This document shows, piece after piece, positions 11,690 to 26,533 of a stretch of DNA of 64,000 nucleotides. Made by a program: the position numbers and the translations under genes. This DNA comes from Octopus sinensis (Eukaryota). The notes beneath the pieces are model-generated. The model worked only from the letters and a program-made list of their open reading frames with translations. It did not search any database and was not told the origin of the DNA. Numbering within the stretch: position 1 is the stretch's first letter; every line of letters starts with the position of its first letter. The stretch lies in NCBI RefSeq assembly GCF_006345805.1, contig NC_043007.1:11346001-11410000 (forward strand), read 5' to 3'.

Positions 11690-12040
11690 CATCATCATCA
11701 TCATTTAGCGTCCGCTTTCCATGCTAGCATGGGTTGGACGGTTCAACTGGGGTCTGGGAAGCCAGAAGGCTGCACCAGGCCTAGTCTGATCTGGCAGTGT
11801 TTCTACGGCTGGATGCCCCTCCGTGAGTGTAGTGGGTGCTTTTTACATTCCACCCGCACAGGTGCCAGACGGGGCTGGCAAACGGCCACGGACGGATGGT
11901 GCTTTTTACGTGCCACCGGCACGGAGGCCAGTCGGGGTGGCGCTGGCAACAGACACGGTCGGGTGGTGCTTTTTACGTGCCACTGGCACATGGACCAGGT
12001 GAGGCTGGCAACGGCCACAATCGGATGGTGCTTTTTACGT
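11690..12040 (-). mobile_element. RTE LINE 3' tail fragment
   Basis: (GAT)n tail, CCATGCTAGCATGG palindrome and ~60-bp subunits matching the 3' UTR of the RTE at 44325-45270. Confidence 0.85.
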
Positions 12041-12309
12041 ACTTTTATGTACTTAATCAAAAGCTTGTTTTAAAGTCTACATAGCTAATGATAACCTCTA
12101 TCAGTCTTCTAAGTGTGACAATGTGAGATGCAGTTAACCGTCCTGATCTGAATCTATTTTAACTTGGTCACAATTGTTTGTCTGTCTTAGGTTGTATTCG
12201 GTTAAGTACCATCGTGTTGACCATTTTTGCAACAATGGATGACAGACTGATCCCTCTGTAATTCCCAGTATCAACAGAAATTAAAAATATCACACCCTGT
12301 GTGTGTGTG

Positions 12310-12340
<31 letters not shown>

Positions 12341-12399
12341 CTATGTGTGTGGTTGTGGTGTGTGTGGGGTTGTGTGTATATACAATATATATATATGAA

Positions 12400-13178
12400 T
12401 GCCTTTCCTCCCTTGGACACCAAAGACCGGTTGAGGCAAGCGAAGTCGATATAGAACCTCATCCGACGACAGACACCCATCCCAACCCCCCATGCTTGCG
12501 AAGACATGTTGGGGCAAGCGAAATCGAAACCGAATTGAACCAGCCAGGATCCCTGGCCTGTGGTACGTAAAAAGCACATCCGACTCGGGGCCGTGGCACG
12601 TAAAATACTCCAATGCGACCGTACGACAGGCACCCATGCCAACCCCCTTTGTTGTGAAGACATGTTGGGGCAAGCGAATCGAATCGAATTGAACCAGCCA
12701 GGGCCTGGTCTGGTGGTACGTAAAAAGCACTATCCGACTCGTGGCCGTGGCACGTAAAATACTCCAATGCGACCGTACGACAGGCACCCTTGCCAAACCC
12801 CTTTGCTTGTGAAGACATGTGGGGCAAGCGAAATCGAAATCGAATTGAACCAGCCAGGACCCTGGTCTGGTGGTACGTAAAAAGCACTATCCGACTCGTG
12901 GCCGATGCCAGCACCGCCTCGACTGGCTTCCGTGCCGGTGGCACATAAAATACACCAATTGACCGTGGCCGTTGCCAGCCCCGCCTGGCACTGTGCAGGT
13001 GGCACGTAAAAAGCACCCACTACACTCACGGAGTGGTTGGCGTTAGGAAGGGCATCCAGCTGTAGAAACATTGCCAAATTAGACTGGAGCCTGGTGCAGC
13101 CTTCTGGCTTCCCAGAACCCCGGTCGAACCGTCCAACCCATGCTAGCATGGAAAACGGACGTTAAACGACGATGATGA
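12400..13178 (+). mobile_element. RTE LINE 3' UTR fragment with ~160-bp internal tandem duplications
   Basis: Three GAAGACATGT(T)GGGGCAAGCGAA units, then the conserved tail ending AAACGACGATGATGAT. Confidence 0.8.
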
Positions 13179-13366
13179 TATTATATATATATATATATAT
13201 ATATTAATAAAATATAAGGGTAGCAAAAAAATTCTAGATAAAATGCTCCGCTACCAGCGGTCTAGTGAGAAAGAAAAAATAGTCAAAGACTAATAATATA
13301 CATTCAACAATATATATTGTTGATATATATATATTATATATATACACATACACACGTACATACATA

Positions 13367-13415
<49 letters not shown>

Positions 13416-14040
13416 TTTTTCCACTCTCACTCTCTCTCTTTTCTTGTAATATACATACACACATACATACACACACACATATATATTTATATTTACACAC
13501 AAATACACACATATTCATACATACGTAGACACATCCTTCTCTAATTTACATTAACCTTTATAACAATAAAGAAACTATCATTATCATCATCATCATCATC
13601 ATCATCATTCTATTCTGATCATGATGACGACGACGACGATGACGTCGATAATGATGTTAGCGATGGCGGCGGGTGGTGGTGGTAATGATGGTGATGACAG
13701 TGACGACGACGGTGACGATGACAATGATAACGATGACGATGAGAATGGTGATGAATGAAAGAAAAAACGGGGAGGGGGGAGAGAATTGGGGGTGGGGGGA
13801 GTAGGTGGCCGGGAGGAGTAAAGAGATGTTAGTTGCACCAATTGTTGCTGGAACTTGTGGTGATGGTGGTGGTGGTAATGGCGGCGGCGGTAGTTTTGTT
13901 GGTAATAATGTTTTCCCATTCTCGTATTGTTGAAAAGAAGAAAAACGTCTGTTTATTGTACAATATCCTGATATATTATGTAAAGATTGCATTTCATTGT
14001 AAATGTTCATGTCTTTGTGAAAAATTATTAAAAGCTATTA

Positions 14041-14099
<59 letters not shown>

Positions 14100-14354
14100 G
14101 TTATTATAGATTAACCGATTGTTTAAGAATCGGACAAATTGCCTTGCAGTATTTTGTTCCACTTTTTTTATGTTCTAGGTTTAAAAATCCAGTGTTAGGT
14201 CAGCCTTGCTTATATCTGATATCTTTCCATGATTAGATAAAGTACCGGTCTTGTACTGCGGGATGTTGTCGATTCATTAACTGTTTTGTGTTCTATGAAA
14301 TTTCTGGCCTTGGGTTCCAATGTAAAAAACAATTATTGTAGTCATCGCTGGTTG

Positions 14355-14835
14355 TCATCACCACCACCCATCATTGTCATCATTGTCACCATCATCACTG
14401 TCGTCATCATCGTCATTGTCTTCATCATCATCATCATCATTGTCATCGTCATCATCATCATCATCATCATCATCATCTCATCATCGTCGTCATCATCGTC
14501 ATCATCATTCTCATCATCATCATCATCGTCGCCGTCATCATCGTCGTCATCATCATCGTCGTCATCATAGTCGTCATCATCATCATCATCGTCATCATCA
14601 TCACCATCATCATCATTACATGCCACCACCACCACCACCACTACCACTTTCCTCCTTGTCCTTATCTCATCAGCATTTCTATCATCATCGTCACCATCAT
14701 CAGTATCATCACCATCATCGTCATCACCATCATCATCGTCATCATCAACGTCATTGTCGTCATCATCATCATCATCGTCATCATCACCATCGTCATTGTC
14801 TTCATCATCATCGTCTTCATCATCATCATCATCAT
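14355..14835. repeat. (CAT)n/(CGT)n microsatellite
   Basis: Triplet runs seen directly. Confidence 0.95.
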
Positions 14836-15089
14836 TACCATTGTTGTTTTAATATCCTCGTTGCCATGCTTGCATGTGTCAGACAAAGTTTATTGAGGCA
14901 GATTTTCTAAGACTGGATGCCCTTCTTGTCACCAACCCTCACCTGTTTCCAATCGACCCTGAAAGGATGAAAGGCAAAGTTGGACTCGGTGGAATTTGAA
15001 CTCAGAACGTAATAGCGTGTCTTCATGATCACAGAAATGAATGCTTTTGCTCGTAACTGTTTCTCCTTCAAAGATGTTGATAATTATCT

Positions 15090-15990
15090 CATTTATAAAA
15101 TCAGCAACAACATTGAGATGATTTAATAGAACCTTGGTCCCTTATTTAAAAGAACATGGAAGAATACTAAAGCTGCCAATATGGCAATTTGGATTGTCAC
15201 TTTGTGATTGTTTTAAGAAGCCTTGATAACATCCTGCCCTTAGTTTTTGCTGACTCTTTTGAACCCATTGGAGATAGTTTTCTTCAACTTGGGAATAGCT
15301 ACTGATAATGTACTCCTGAAATAATCTTCCTTCCATATGAAATACTTCAAAAACCATTGATTCAATGCATCATCTTGCTATGAATAACTTTCTACAGACA
15401 TAATTTTTTGGTTCTTGTTAGTCATACTCATGAGTATTATTTCCCATAAGGCGGCGAGCTGGCAGAAACGTTAGCACGCCGGGCGAAATGCTTTGCGGCA
15501 TTTTGTCTGAGTTCAAATTCCGCTGAGGTCGACTTTGCCTTTCATCCTTTCGGGGTCGATTAAATAAAGTACCAGTTTCGCACTGGGGTCGATATAATCG
15601 ACTTAATCCGTTTGTCTGTCCTTGTTTGTCCTCTCTGTTTTTAGCCCCTTGTGGGTAGTAAAGAAATAGGTATTTCGTCTGCCATTATGTTCTGAGTTCA
15701 AATTCCGCTGAGGTCGACTTTCCTTTCGGGGTCAATTAAATAAAGTACCATGTTCGCTCTGGGGTCGATGTAATTGACTTAATCCGTCTGTCTGTCCTTG
15801 TTTGTCCCCTCTATGTTTAGCCCCTTGTGGGTAGTAAAGAAATATATTATATCCCAATCTTTCTTTCCTCTTGGGAACAAAACAACAAAGAGTAATGGCT
15901 CCTTGGATACTTTGGTCTTGTTTATGTAAAACAATGACACAGTATCCTCTGCTATTTCCTCAACTTCCTGAGAGAAATATTATTCTTTCA
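15090..15990 (-). pseudogene. Helitron Rep-domain fossil interrupted by a SINE
   Basis: GRLFQEYIISSYSQVEENYLQWVQKSQQKLRAGCYQG...ILPCSFK*GPR and LFPRGKKDW resemble the Helitron Rep motifs GRLFQQY..NQ.KLR..Y, LPSSF.GGPR and PLLFP.G..GW. Confidence 0.75.
15449..15842 (+). mobile_element. tRNA-derived SINE family B (head plus duplicated body)
   Basis: GGCGGCGAGCTGGCAGAA head, GAGTTCAAATTC B box, GGTCGACTTTGCCTTTCATCCTTTCGGGGTCGAT body; approximate TSD TATTAT(T/A)TCCCA. Confidence 0.88.
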
Positions 15991-16519
15991 AAATCAATAG
16001 GAGCATCATTATTTGTTGTATAACATGAAACAATTAACAGTTTGAGAATGAGACGCTCCATCACAAACATTTGCTGAGTGAGATGATATAATCATCATCA
16101 TCATCATCAGTGTTTAACATCCACCTTCCACGCTGGCATGAGTCGGATGGCTTCACAGGAGCTGGCCAGGCAGGAGACTGCACCAGATTTCTGAGTCTGT
16201 TCTGGTTTGTAAAATGTCCAAGGATTCGCTGTAGAAGAATCAAGTGTGACACATGTACATGTGATGGCCAGTCTGAGCCTCTCTGTCTCACGATAGAGTG
16301 ATTTTGGGCAAAAGATGAGGTTTGATAAGAGGCAGGAAATACTCTAGTCAATAAACGAATTGTCCAGTCCTCTGTGAAAAAAATTGTCTGATTATGGGGA
16401 AATATTACCTTGCTTGGGAAACAGGCGAGGGTTTGTGACAGAAAAAGCATCCGGCTGCAGAAAGTTTACCTCAACAGATTCTGTTGAACCCATGCAAGCT
16501 TGGGAAAGTGGACATTAAA

Positions 16520-16850
16520 TGACAACAAGAACAATGACAATGATGGTGATGATGATGACAACGATGACAGCGATGTTGATGATGACGATGATGATGATCA
16601 TGATGATCATGATGACACTTACACCGATGACAATGATGACGCCGATGATGATGATGACACCAATGGCGATGAGTATGGCAACGATGATGATGCCGATGAC
16701 AACAATGATGAAGATGATAACAGTGATGACGATGACGACAACGACAATTATAATGATGATGACGATGATGACGATGACAACAGTGATGACATTGATGATG
16801 ATGATGACAACGGCAACGACAATGAGGACGATGATGATATTCATGATGAT
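16520..16850. repeat. (GAT/GAC)n microsatellite
   Basis: Triplet runs seen directly. Confidence 0.9.
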
Positions 16851-17280
16851 TATGAAGTATTGTTGATTATGGTTCACTGAATTCATGATGAAGGGGGGTG
16901 GGGTGGATCAGGGAGTGTTTATGCAAGAATAAACATACATCACAAGATACTTCTGTTCAAAAGCACTGCTTTATCAGTTTTTTTTTTTTGATGGTGTTTA
17001 CATGTTTATCAGTTTTGAAAGATGTCACACGTACATAAATTTATACTACTAAAATAATATCCCATATGTGTCCCCGTGACATTTGCCTTCCAAAACAGTT
17101 TGACATTTACAATCAACAAGTGTTTAAACTGTTATCATCTCTGATATCTCTTTTCACAATGATGTGTGTGTGTGTGTATGTGTGTATCTGTGTGTGCATG
17201 TATGAGTGTGTGTCATTTGTAGACATGTTATGATATACCTTCATATTTTTTTCATAGAAATTATGAGAAATAACCATCAA

Positions 17281-18581
17281 CGAGATGGTATCAAAATGTT
17301 CCTGGACTACTTCTGTAGCATGCCAACAGATGGCAGCACACAGTGAAGGGAAAGCAGTGACCTTCATGAAGCAGTGTGCTGAGTGACATCGCTGTGTTTA
17401 TTTCGCAAGTTGTGAAATTTGTGCTTTTGTGATCACATGTATGCTGTAGTCTGCGATTTTGTCATGGATGGGAACAAAGAGCCAACGTGAAATTTTGTGT
17501 TAAACTTGGGAGTCTGCTCCAGAGACATTGAGCATGCTTTGGTAAGCTTATGATGATGTGGCAATGGGTCGTGTGCAATGTTTTGAGTGGCACAGGTGCT
17601 TCAAAAGCAGAAGAACATCCTGGAAGATGATGAGTGATCTGGAAGACCCACCATGAGTGTCACCCCCAGAAATGTGGTATTGTGCATCAAGAATTCAACC
17701 CCCAGGGTCAGACCATCAGTCGAGAGTTCTACTGCAATGTTTTGAAGCATTCGAGAGAGGACATTTGGTGAAAGCAACCAAATCTGTGAAGTGTTAAAAA
17801 TTGAATTCTTCATGGCAACAATGCTCCCTGTCACCAAGCTCTCCTCACCCATGAGTTTCTTACCAAAAACAACATGGTGTCACTTCTGTACCCGTCCTAT
17901 TCATCAGATTTAGCACCTGCAGACTTCCATCTCTTCTCCAAGATGAGAATGTTGCTCAAAGGTCGCTGTCTTAACACCATTATCGAGATTAAGAGCAAAT
18001 CATAGAAAGTCGTCAACTCAATTGCAGAAAATGACTTCCAGGCCAGATTTCAAAAGTGGGAGGAACGCTGGGACCAGCGTATTATTGTGCAAGATGAGTA
18101 TTTCAAAGGAGATGATGGTAAAACTCAAGTAAATAAGTTATATTTTATTAAACACTAGCAGTATCGCCCGGCGTTGCTCGGGTTTGTAAGGGAAATAACT
18201 ATATAAGCATTTTTAGAGTTATAGCCAAAAAATAGCAAAAAATGTATTAAAAATGGAAAAAAAATTATGGTAAATTTTTTTTAAAATCGTTGACTCATCG
18301 TAGACATTTTTAGAGAGTGACTTCCCTTATATAATAGCGAAAAAATGCATTAAAATGGAAAAAAATGATGGTAAATTTTTTTTTAAATCGTAGACTCATC
18401 GTAGATGCTCGCTAATACCCAGAAGGGCTCGATATGAATCACGACTATAAGATACCCGGTTTTGGTTAAACTGCACCGCAAAATGTGGGAGTAGTTAGGA
18501 ATCTAAATCATAGGAGACAGACACACAACCTTACTTTTATATATAAAGATAACTAGTGTGGGAACGTTTTGATGCCACCTC
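17281..18581 (+). mobile_element. mariner transposon fossil, internally deleted
   Basis: Imperfect TIRs CGAGATGGTATCAAAATGTTCC / GGAACGTTTTGATGCCACCTCA; frameshifted KFCVKLG, FEWHR..LEDDE..GRP, WILHGNNAPCH, YSSDLAPADFHLF, EYFKGD. Confidence 0.9.
18155..18549 (-). mobile_element. non-autonomous Helitron inserted in the mariner
   Basis: Minus strand starts A|TC, ends with hairpin CCCGAGCAACGCCGGG then CTAG|T; AT target, no TSD. Confidence 0.9.
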
Positions 18582-19989
18582 ATACACATCATACTCAAAG
18601 TATGAGATGCATTTCAGAAGTTTTGAGACATTTTTTAGGATAAGCAGTTATAACTGTCAAAGATTATTGTAATTATTGTTGATTTTAATTTGATGAATGT
18701 ATGAGAATACGAGTGATGAGGGGGTGTTCATACAAGAATAAACACACACTACAAGAAAGCTCTACTTCATCAGTTTTTTTCCAATGACGGGCTTCTTTCA
18801 GTTTCCGTCTACCAAATCCACTCACAAGGCTTTAGTTGGCCTGAGGCTATAGTAGAAGACACTTGCCCAAGATGCCACACAGTGGGACTGAACCCAGTAC
18901 CATGTGGTTCGTTAGCTAGCTACTTACCACACAGCCACTCCTACTAGAAATCTGGAAAAAAAAATTGAATAATGGCATCCATCCATCCATACAAAGTAAT
19001 GGGACATTATAAATCCAGGCAGATATCTTGTAAACACTCTGCAGCTATTCAATCTTGATCAAGTATATCAATCAACTGGATTCCATTAAATACATATGCA
19101 ATTTACATCCACAGCTGTACTACTACTTTAATTAGTAAATCCAATTAGTAAATCCAAAGTTTGCTTAGTTTTCATTCCGTTTAATGCCTTTACATGTGTG
19201 TGTGTATGTACACACACACACACATATATATATATACACACACACTCAAAACAGGCTTCTTTCAGTTTCCAATTACCACATCTACTCACCAACCTTTGGT
19301 TGGCTGCCATAACCTCCACCACCACCATTTCTTTTATCAATCCATTCTTTGGCCAGCTGCCCTCCCTTATGCAAATTTTATGACCAAACTACCATAGATA
19401 TCATCATTTTACAACATACATGGAATTTTTAAAAGATCAAGCTAACCTATAAAAATCTATCTTAGAAGTATCAAAAGTACATTTATAAGGTGGTGCTCCA
19501 GTATGGCCATAGTCCAATGACCAAAACAAGTAAAAGATAAACGCTTACTAAGGCAGCTACAAATATCTGATTAAACTATCTCTTTATTATGATAAATGTA
19601 AACAAACTTACAAGCATTGAAATATATTGCAAGATACAAATAAGATGATAATTTATTTTCAAATGCATGTATGTGTGTATGTATAAACACATGACTGACT
19701 TACACACACTTTCTGCTTCGAAAATTCATTCACATGACAATGGTCGACCAAGGATTATTGCAGAAAAAATACTCGCCTAAAGTGCCACACAGTGGGACTG
19801 AACTCAAAAGTATATGGTTGCAAAACAAACCTTCTAACCACACAGCCATGCCTGTGCCTATTACATCCATTCAATTTAAAAGTCTTAGTGTCTGTTTATC
19901 TGTTTGTCTGTATGTCTGTCTCTTTGGCACTGTCTTTGTCTGTCTGTCTGTCAGTCTCTCTCTCACTATCACTATATATGTTTGTGTGT

Positions 19990-20021
19990 GCGTGCATATA
20001 TATATATATATATATATACAT

Positions 20022-20058
<37 letters not shown>

Positions 20059-20394
20059 CACACATACTCTTGTGTACATAAACACATATATACATACACA
20101 CACACACGCATATACACACATACACTTATGTACATACACACATATACATACATATATACATATACATATATATATACATACAATTACGTACATACATACA
20201 TATATACATACATGCACACATATATATACACACACTTATGTACATACACACATATATACATACATATACGCACACACACACACACACATATATACATACA
20301 TATATACATACATGCACACATATATATACACACACACACACACACACCCATATATATACATATATGCATATACATATATATATATATATATATA

Positions 20395-20430
<36 letters not shown>

Positions 20431-20523
20431 TATGCATACAAACATGCATTCATATGCATATGTATGTAAGTATGTATGTATGTATGTACACACGTATCTA
20501 TGTATATATGTATGTATGTATGT

Positions 20524-20576
<53 letters not shown>

Positions 20577-20585
20577 TGTGTGTAT
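19990..20585. repeat. TA/CA/GT compound microsatellite
   Basis: Seen directly. Confidence 0.95.
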
Positions 20586-21045
20586 TTCCTGTCACATTTT
20601 TCAGACAATAACTTCAGAATTCATTCCTCGTCTGTATATATTTGCTGTGTCTAAATTTCAAATTTAAATTCAGAAACATTTTATAAAAGACTTTTTATTT
20701 TTATTTTCGGCTCAAATACTCTTTTTAAGAGAATAAGCACGTAATTTTACAGAAGTAGAAGTAGGTAAAACTATCAATCAAGTTATAAGACTTTATAAGA
20801 AATGGAAAACAGAACAAAAAAACAATGTCTTTCTATTATAGGAATTTATTGGTGAGGAAAGCTCAACTTTGGAGAATGGATCCAGCTTTTCAGTGAGTGA
20901 AAAATAACAACAAAGCTATACTTTCCCTCTTAAACCAATTTCTTTGCTCTTTGTTCTTTGCATCTCTTAATTCTCTACTGAATAACAAAATAATAATAAT
21001 AATAATAATAATAATAGCAATAATAATAATAATAATAATAATAGC

Positions 21046-21082
<37 letters not shown>

Positions 21083-21117
21083 GCAATAATAATAATGATG
21101 ATGATGACGACGAGGAC

Positions 21118-21165
<48 letters not shown>

Positions 21166-21424
21166 ATAAAAATTTTCTTATAAAACCCATAAAACTTAAA
21201 AATCTTATAAATAAACCTTGCAAGCTGATAGGTGATATTTTCTTTCATTTCATAATGTATTTATTCACTCATAAAGAATAATTAAAATAAATTCATTTAT
21301 GCCTCTTAGCATTTAAATTTTAAGCTTTAATGCTGAGAATAGGTATATGCTGCTGATGATGAGGAGTAGCTGTTCAAATAATTGTCTTGCCAAATTTTTG
21401 TATATGGCTCAGTGAAAGGAAGTG

Positions 21425-21620
21425 AAGGTGCACGGCCTTTTGGTTAGAGTGTTGGCTTCACAGTCTTTAGGTTGTGGGTTCGATTCATAGACTAGGCAGT
21501 GCGTTATATCCTTGAGCAAGGAATTTTATTTCGTGTTGCACTACTATACTCAGCAGAAAATGAGAACTGGCGGCACCTTGAGGTTAATCTTGTAATTGAC
21601 TGGCATCCTTTTAGTGCAAG
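21425..21620 (+). mobile_element. old tRNA-derived SINE
   Basis: GGTTCGATTC B box followed by a TCCTTGAGCAAG motif; diverged. Confidence 0.5.
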
Positions 21621-23494
21621 ATGCAGAAGGAGACTGACACTACATCCTATTCATGCATCTATTTCTGACACTCAATATTCCTGGATTGGTCATCTGAGCA
21701 GACATCTTTTATAGGGTCCTGCCAGAGGCAATTGTCATTAAACTTTCTTGCTGGATTCCAAAGCATGACCAACTCTGAGACTACCAGATATAACCCAATC
21801 ATTTTGCTTGTGGTCTGCTCCAAGGTCTAATGTCAGTTTAACTTGCCTGGAAGAATCTGTCCGGTAATTGTCTCCTGTGTGGAGGTTTTAGGAAGAGCAT
21901 CCAACTACAGAAACCATGGCAAAACAGATGACTGGATTCAGGTACTGCCCCTCTGGTTTGCCAGCTCCTATCAAACAGTCCAACTCTTGCCAGCATGGAA
22001 ATTGGATGTTAAATGGTAATGATGATGATGACGAGGAGGAGGAGGAGGAGAAGGAAGAGGAAGAGGAGGAGGAGGACGATGACGATGACAATAATAATGG
22101 TTGTTAGCTCCACACTAAAAAACCCATTTTTATCTCAAGAAAGAGGTCCCCCACATTAGTCCGGCGACTATCCTTCAACCTGTCCGGGATGCGAGGCCCT
22201 TCCAGAAGCTTGCATTCAGCAATCCAGCAAAGTCTGTTTCGGTGTTGCAAACTCTACATGAATGTAACAAACTTTATACAAGTGTTACGAACACTAAGGT
22301 AACGACGTGTTGCATGCTCTCTCACGAATATCGTCGTAACTTAGGCCAAACTCGTCTACCCTGTTAGAAAAAAACAACATGCGAGAGAGACTAAGAAAAA
22401 ATGCAGAGAGATGGCAGGGTTGAGATGAAGAACAGAAGAGGAACCTTGATTCTACAAATCTTGAATTTTTTTTCCTTAAATTATGGAAGACATTTACAAA
22501 AGATAACTCTTCTTTCTTTTTATTTTATTTCGTAATTTTAAAAAATTTTAGTTTCAGATTTTAATTTATCTTCTGCTTTTTTCGCTTTCTTTTGTTTTTT
22601 TTTTCAGTTTTTAAAAAAATTGTTTTTTTTACCAAAACAATTCTCTCTTTATTCGTTTTTATTTCCAGAAAGTCGAGATATTAAAACAAATAAAATTTCT
22701 GAAACCTTCTCGGTTACTTCTTCCACCCAACCATACTCCCACACACACACGTGCACACACACAAACTCAGAAAAGTATACACACATAAACACACGCATGC
22801 ACACACACACACACATTAACCCAGAAAAGTGTACACACATAAACACACACATGCACACACACACACACACAATAACCCAGAAAAGTATACACACATAAAC
22901 ACATACATGCACACACACATACACACACGTTCACACACATACACACAATGCACTCCTCTGTAAAAAAAAAAACTAAAAGCAAATTGAATTGCGCAAAGTT
23001 GAGAGTTTTTGAAGACAGATATTGATGTTAAAAGAAAAAGTTGAAAAATGGCCAAGTATACTTCATAAATTATTTGTTAAAATCATAATTTTAAAGAAAA
23101 TTATAAAAATTGTTGCTAAATATGTCTCTTTCTCTCTTTTATTTTACACACATATACACACATATGCACACAACCACACACTCACACACGCAGACATGCA
23201 CACACACAACCACACACAAGCTCTCACACACACACATGCATACACACACATATACAAGCACACACAAACACAAGCACACACAAACACACACACACACATA
23301 AGTACACACAACCACACACACACAAACTCTCTCTCACACACACACACACACATAAGCACACACATACAAGCACACACATGAGCACACACATATTCGCCCA
23401 CATACTTTCTCTTTTTTACACACACACACACTTTTTTCCTTCTCTCTCACATATTGTTCCTCTTTCTTCATTATACACTGAAATACACACACAC

Positions 23495-23535
<41 letters not shown>

Positions 23536-24184
23536 AACATACATGCACACACACACACACATATATACTTTGTCTTTCTTGCACACACTTTCTCCCTCAC
23601 ATGCACAATCCTTCTTTCTCTCCTCCTCTCTCTCACACACCTACATACATAGACATACACACACCCTCTCTATCTTTCTCCTACTTACACATACACCCAC
23701 ACTCTCACCCTCTCACACTACCTCTCTCTCATTTACTCACACAGACATACATACACACATACACACATTCTCTCTCTACTACACATACTCTTTCCCTTTG
23801 TCTCTCTTTCTCTCTCCCTCTCCCTCTTTCTCAAGCACACACACACATAAACAAAGATTCCCCCTTTCTCTCTCTCTCACTCTCTCTCCTGCTTACACAT
23901 ACACACACGCTCTCACCCTCTCACATTATGTCTCTCATTTACTCACACAGACGTACATACATACACACATACACACACATTCTCTCTCTCTTTTATTCAT
24001 ACACTTTCCTCTTTTCTTTCTTTCTCTCTTTCTCACACCCACACACCCAATATACAGTCTACACTCTAAACATCAGAGACCAATACCTTATTGAACACCA
24101 TGGACATTTTAGAGCTACCAAACACTACAGAGAGCTAACCAAATGACTGAGTGAACAGTAGTGTGCTTGACTTATTGACGAAGG

Positions 24185-24359
24185 CTTGGCTGGGTGGTAA
24201 GAAGTTTACTTGCCAAACATACAGCTGTGGTTTCAGTCCTACTGCTTGCCACCTTGAGGAAGTGTCTTCTACTGTAGCCTCGGGCTAACCAAAGCTTTGT
24301 GAGTGGATCTGGAAGACAGAAACTGAAAGAAGCCCATCATGTATGTGCATGTGTCTGTG

Positions 24360-24406
<47 letters not shown>

Positions 24407-24472
24407 TGTGTGTGTGGTGTGTGTAAGAATAGATTGGTAGATAGAAACTGAAAGAAGCCCATCATGTATGTG

Positions 24473-24503
<31 letters not shown>

Positions 24504-24592
24504 TGTGTTGTGTGTGTGGTGTGGTGAGAGTTCATGTGTGTAAGAATGGATTTGGTAGACAGAAACTGAAAGAAGACCTTCATATATATATA

Positions 24593-24654
<62 letters not shown>

Positions 24655-24960
24655 TGCATGTGTGTAAGAATGGATTTGGTAGACAGAAACTGAAAGAAGA
24701 CCTTCATATATATATATATGTGTGTGTGTGTGTGTTTCTCTTTGTTTCTCTGTTTGTCTCTTACCACTGCACGAAAGCCATTACTGGTGTGTTTCTTTAT
24801 GCCTCAGTAACTTAGCAGTTTGGCAAGAGGGACCAACAGAATAAATACTAAGCTTAAAAAAGTAAAATAAATTCTAGAGTTAATTCTTTTGACTAAAAAA
24901 TTCTTGAAGGTGCTGTCCCAGAATAGCTGCAGTGTAATGACTGTTACAAGTAAAAAAATA
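24185..24960 (+). mobile_element. SINE family A with a fourfold repeated internal segment
   Basis: GATTTGGTAGACAGAAACTGAAAGAAG-like segment at ~24305, 24432, 24548 and 24674, separated by GT tracts. Confidence 0.8.
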
Positions 24961-25440
24961 AAGTATAAAAAGTAATTATTCCTGAAAACATTTCACACTC
25001 TTGTCCAAGGACATGCTGTCACCAAACGCTGCCTTTTCTACCACTGCTAGAAGGGCCCTACACTTCACAGAACTGCTTCATCTTGTACAACCTCTACTGA
25101 AGCATCTCAGGCAACCTGTCTCTTCTCCTTTTATCCCCTATCATGCGTGGCTGTGTGGTTAAGAAGTTTGTTGCTTTCCGGTCATGTGATTGTTTTCAGG
25201 TTCAATTCCCACTGCAGGGCAACTTAGATAAGTGTCTTCTGCTATAACCCTGAGCCAACCCCATCAAACTGAAAGAAGCTCATTAAATTGCTATCATCGT
25301 CGTGAAAATTATCATCATCATCATCATCGTGAAAATTATCATCATCGTTGTCATCATTTAACGTCCGATTTCCGTACTGGCATAGGTTGAATCATCGTTT
25401 AACAGGATTCAACAAGTCAGCCGAACTAGCTGGGCAAATA

Positions 25441-25490
<50 letters not shown>

Positions 25491-26501
25491 CATCTATCCA
25501 TCTATCTATCTATCTATCTATCTATCTACCTATCTATCCATCCATCCATCCATCCATCCATCCATCTATCTATCTATATGATATATGTAAATAAATAAAT
25601 AAATAAATGCGTGTGTTTGTGTATATGTGTGTGGGTTTGCTGGTTTAGTCGCTGACGACCCGACCATGCAACAGGTTGTACTGGGTTACGTGTTACTAGT
25701 AGCACTCAAAAATGACCTGACGTATACATACATACATACATACATACATACATACATACATACATACATACAAACACACACTCACACATACACACCACAC
25801 ACACACACACACACCACACACATATATATATACATATACATATACATACATATACATGCACACACATTTTTGAACATGCGGTGATCATCTAAATGACACA
25901 TGCATATTATTTTCTCCCCATTTTTCTCTCTCCTCATCCCTCCTTTCCGTAGAGGAGCATAGGCTTAAAATATTGAAGACTTGTTCCAATTTTCCTGAAC
26001 GTCAACATTACACATTCTGTTTGTTTATTTGTTATTTTTTTTTACCTCATCTCCATATTTGTTTTTTCTTTGTATTTATGCACAATATGCATTTATTTAT
26101 ATATATATATATATATATAATATACATGCATATATACATGTGCATATTTGTATATGTATATATGCATGTATATATGTGTGTGTATGAATACATATATATA
26201 TATATATATAAACAAATATACATATGTATATATATATATATATGAATATATGTGTTTGTATATATATATATAAATACGCACACACATATACATATATGCA
26301 TATATATATATACACATACATATTTATATATATGGTGTGTGTGTGAGTGTGTGTGAATACATATACATATCTTATATATGCGTGTGTATGTACTGACACA
26401 CACACACACACACACACATATTCCCATCTGTTGCTTTCATTAACAGCTGCCAAAATAAACAAATATTTTAAATATTACTTGTTTATATAAACCCATATAT
26501 A

Positions 26502-26533
<32 letters not shown>

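Noticed and set aside
13657-14010. 117-aa Pro-rich ORF with a hydrophobic tail
   Set aside because: Mostly triplet-repeat derived, with no recognisable domain; a real exon cannot be excluded
21350-21392. CTGATGA...AAATAATTGTC possible decayed hammerhead
   Set aside because: GAAA is absent and stems I and II do not pair
25648-25720. CTGACGA followed by a hairpin
   Set aside because: No GAAA or NUH in position
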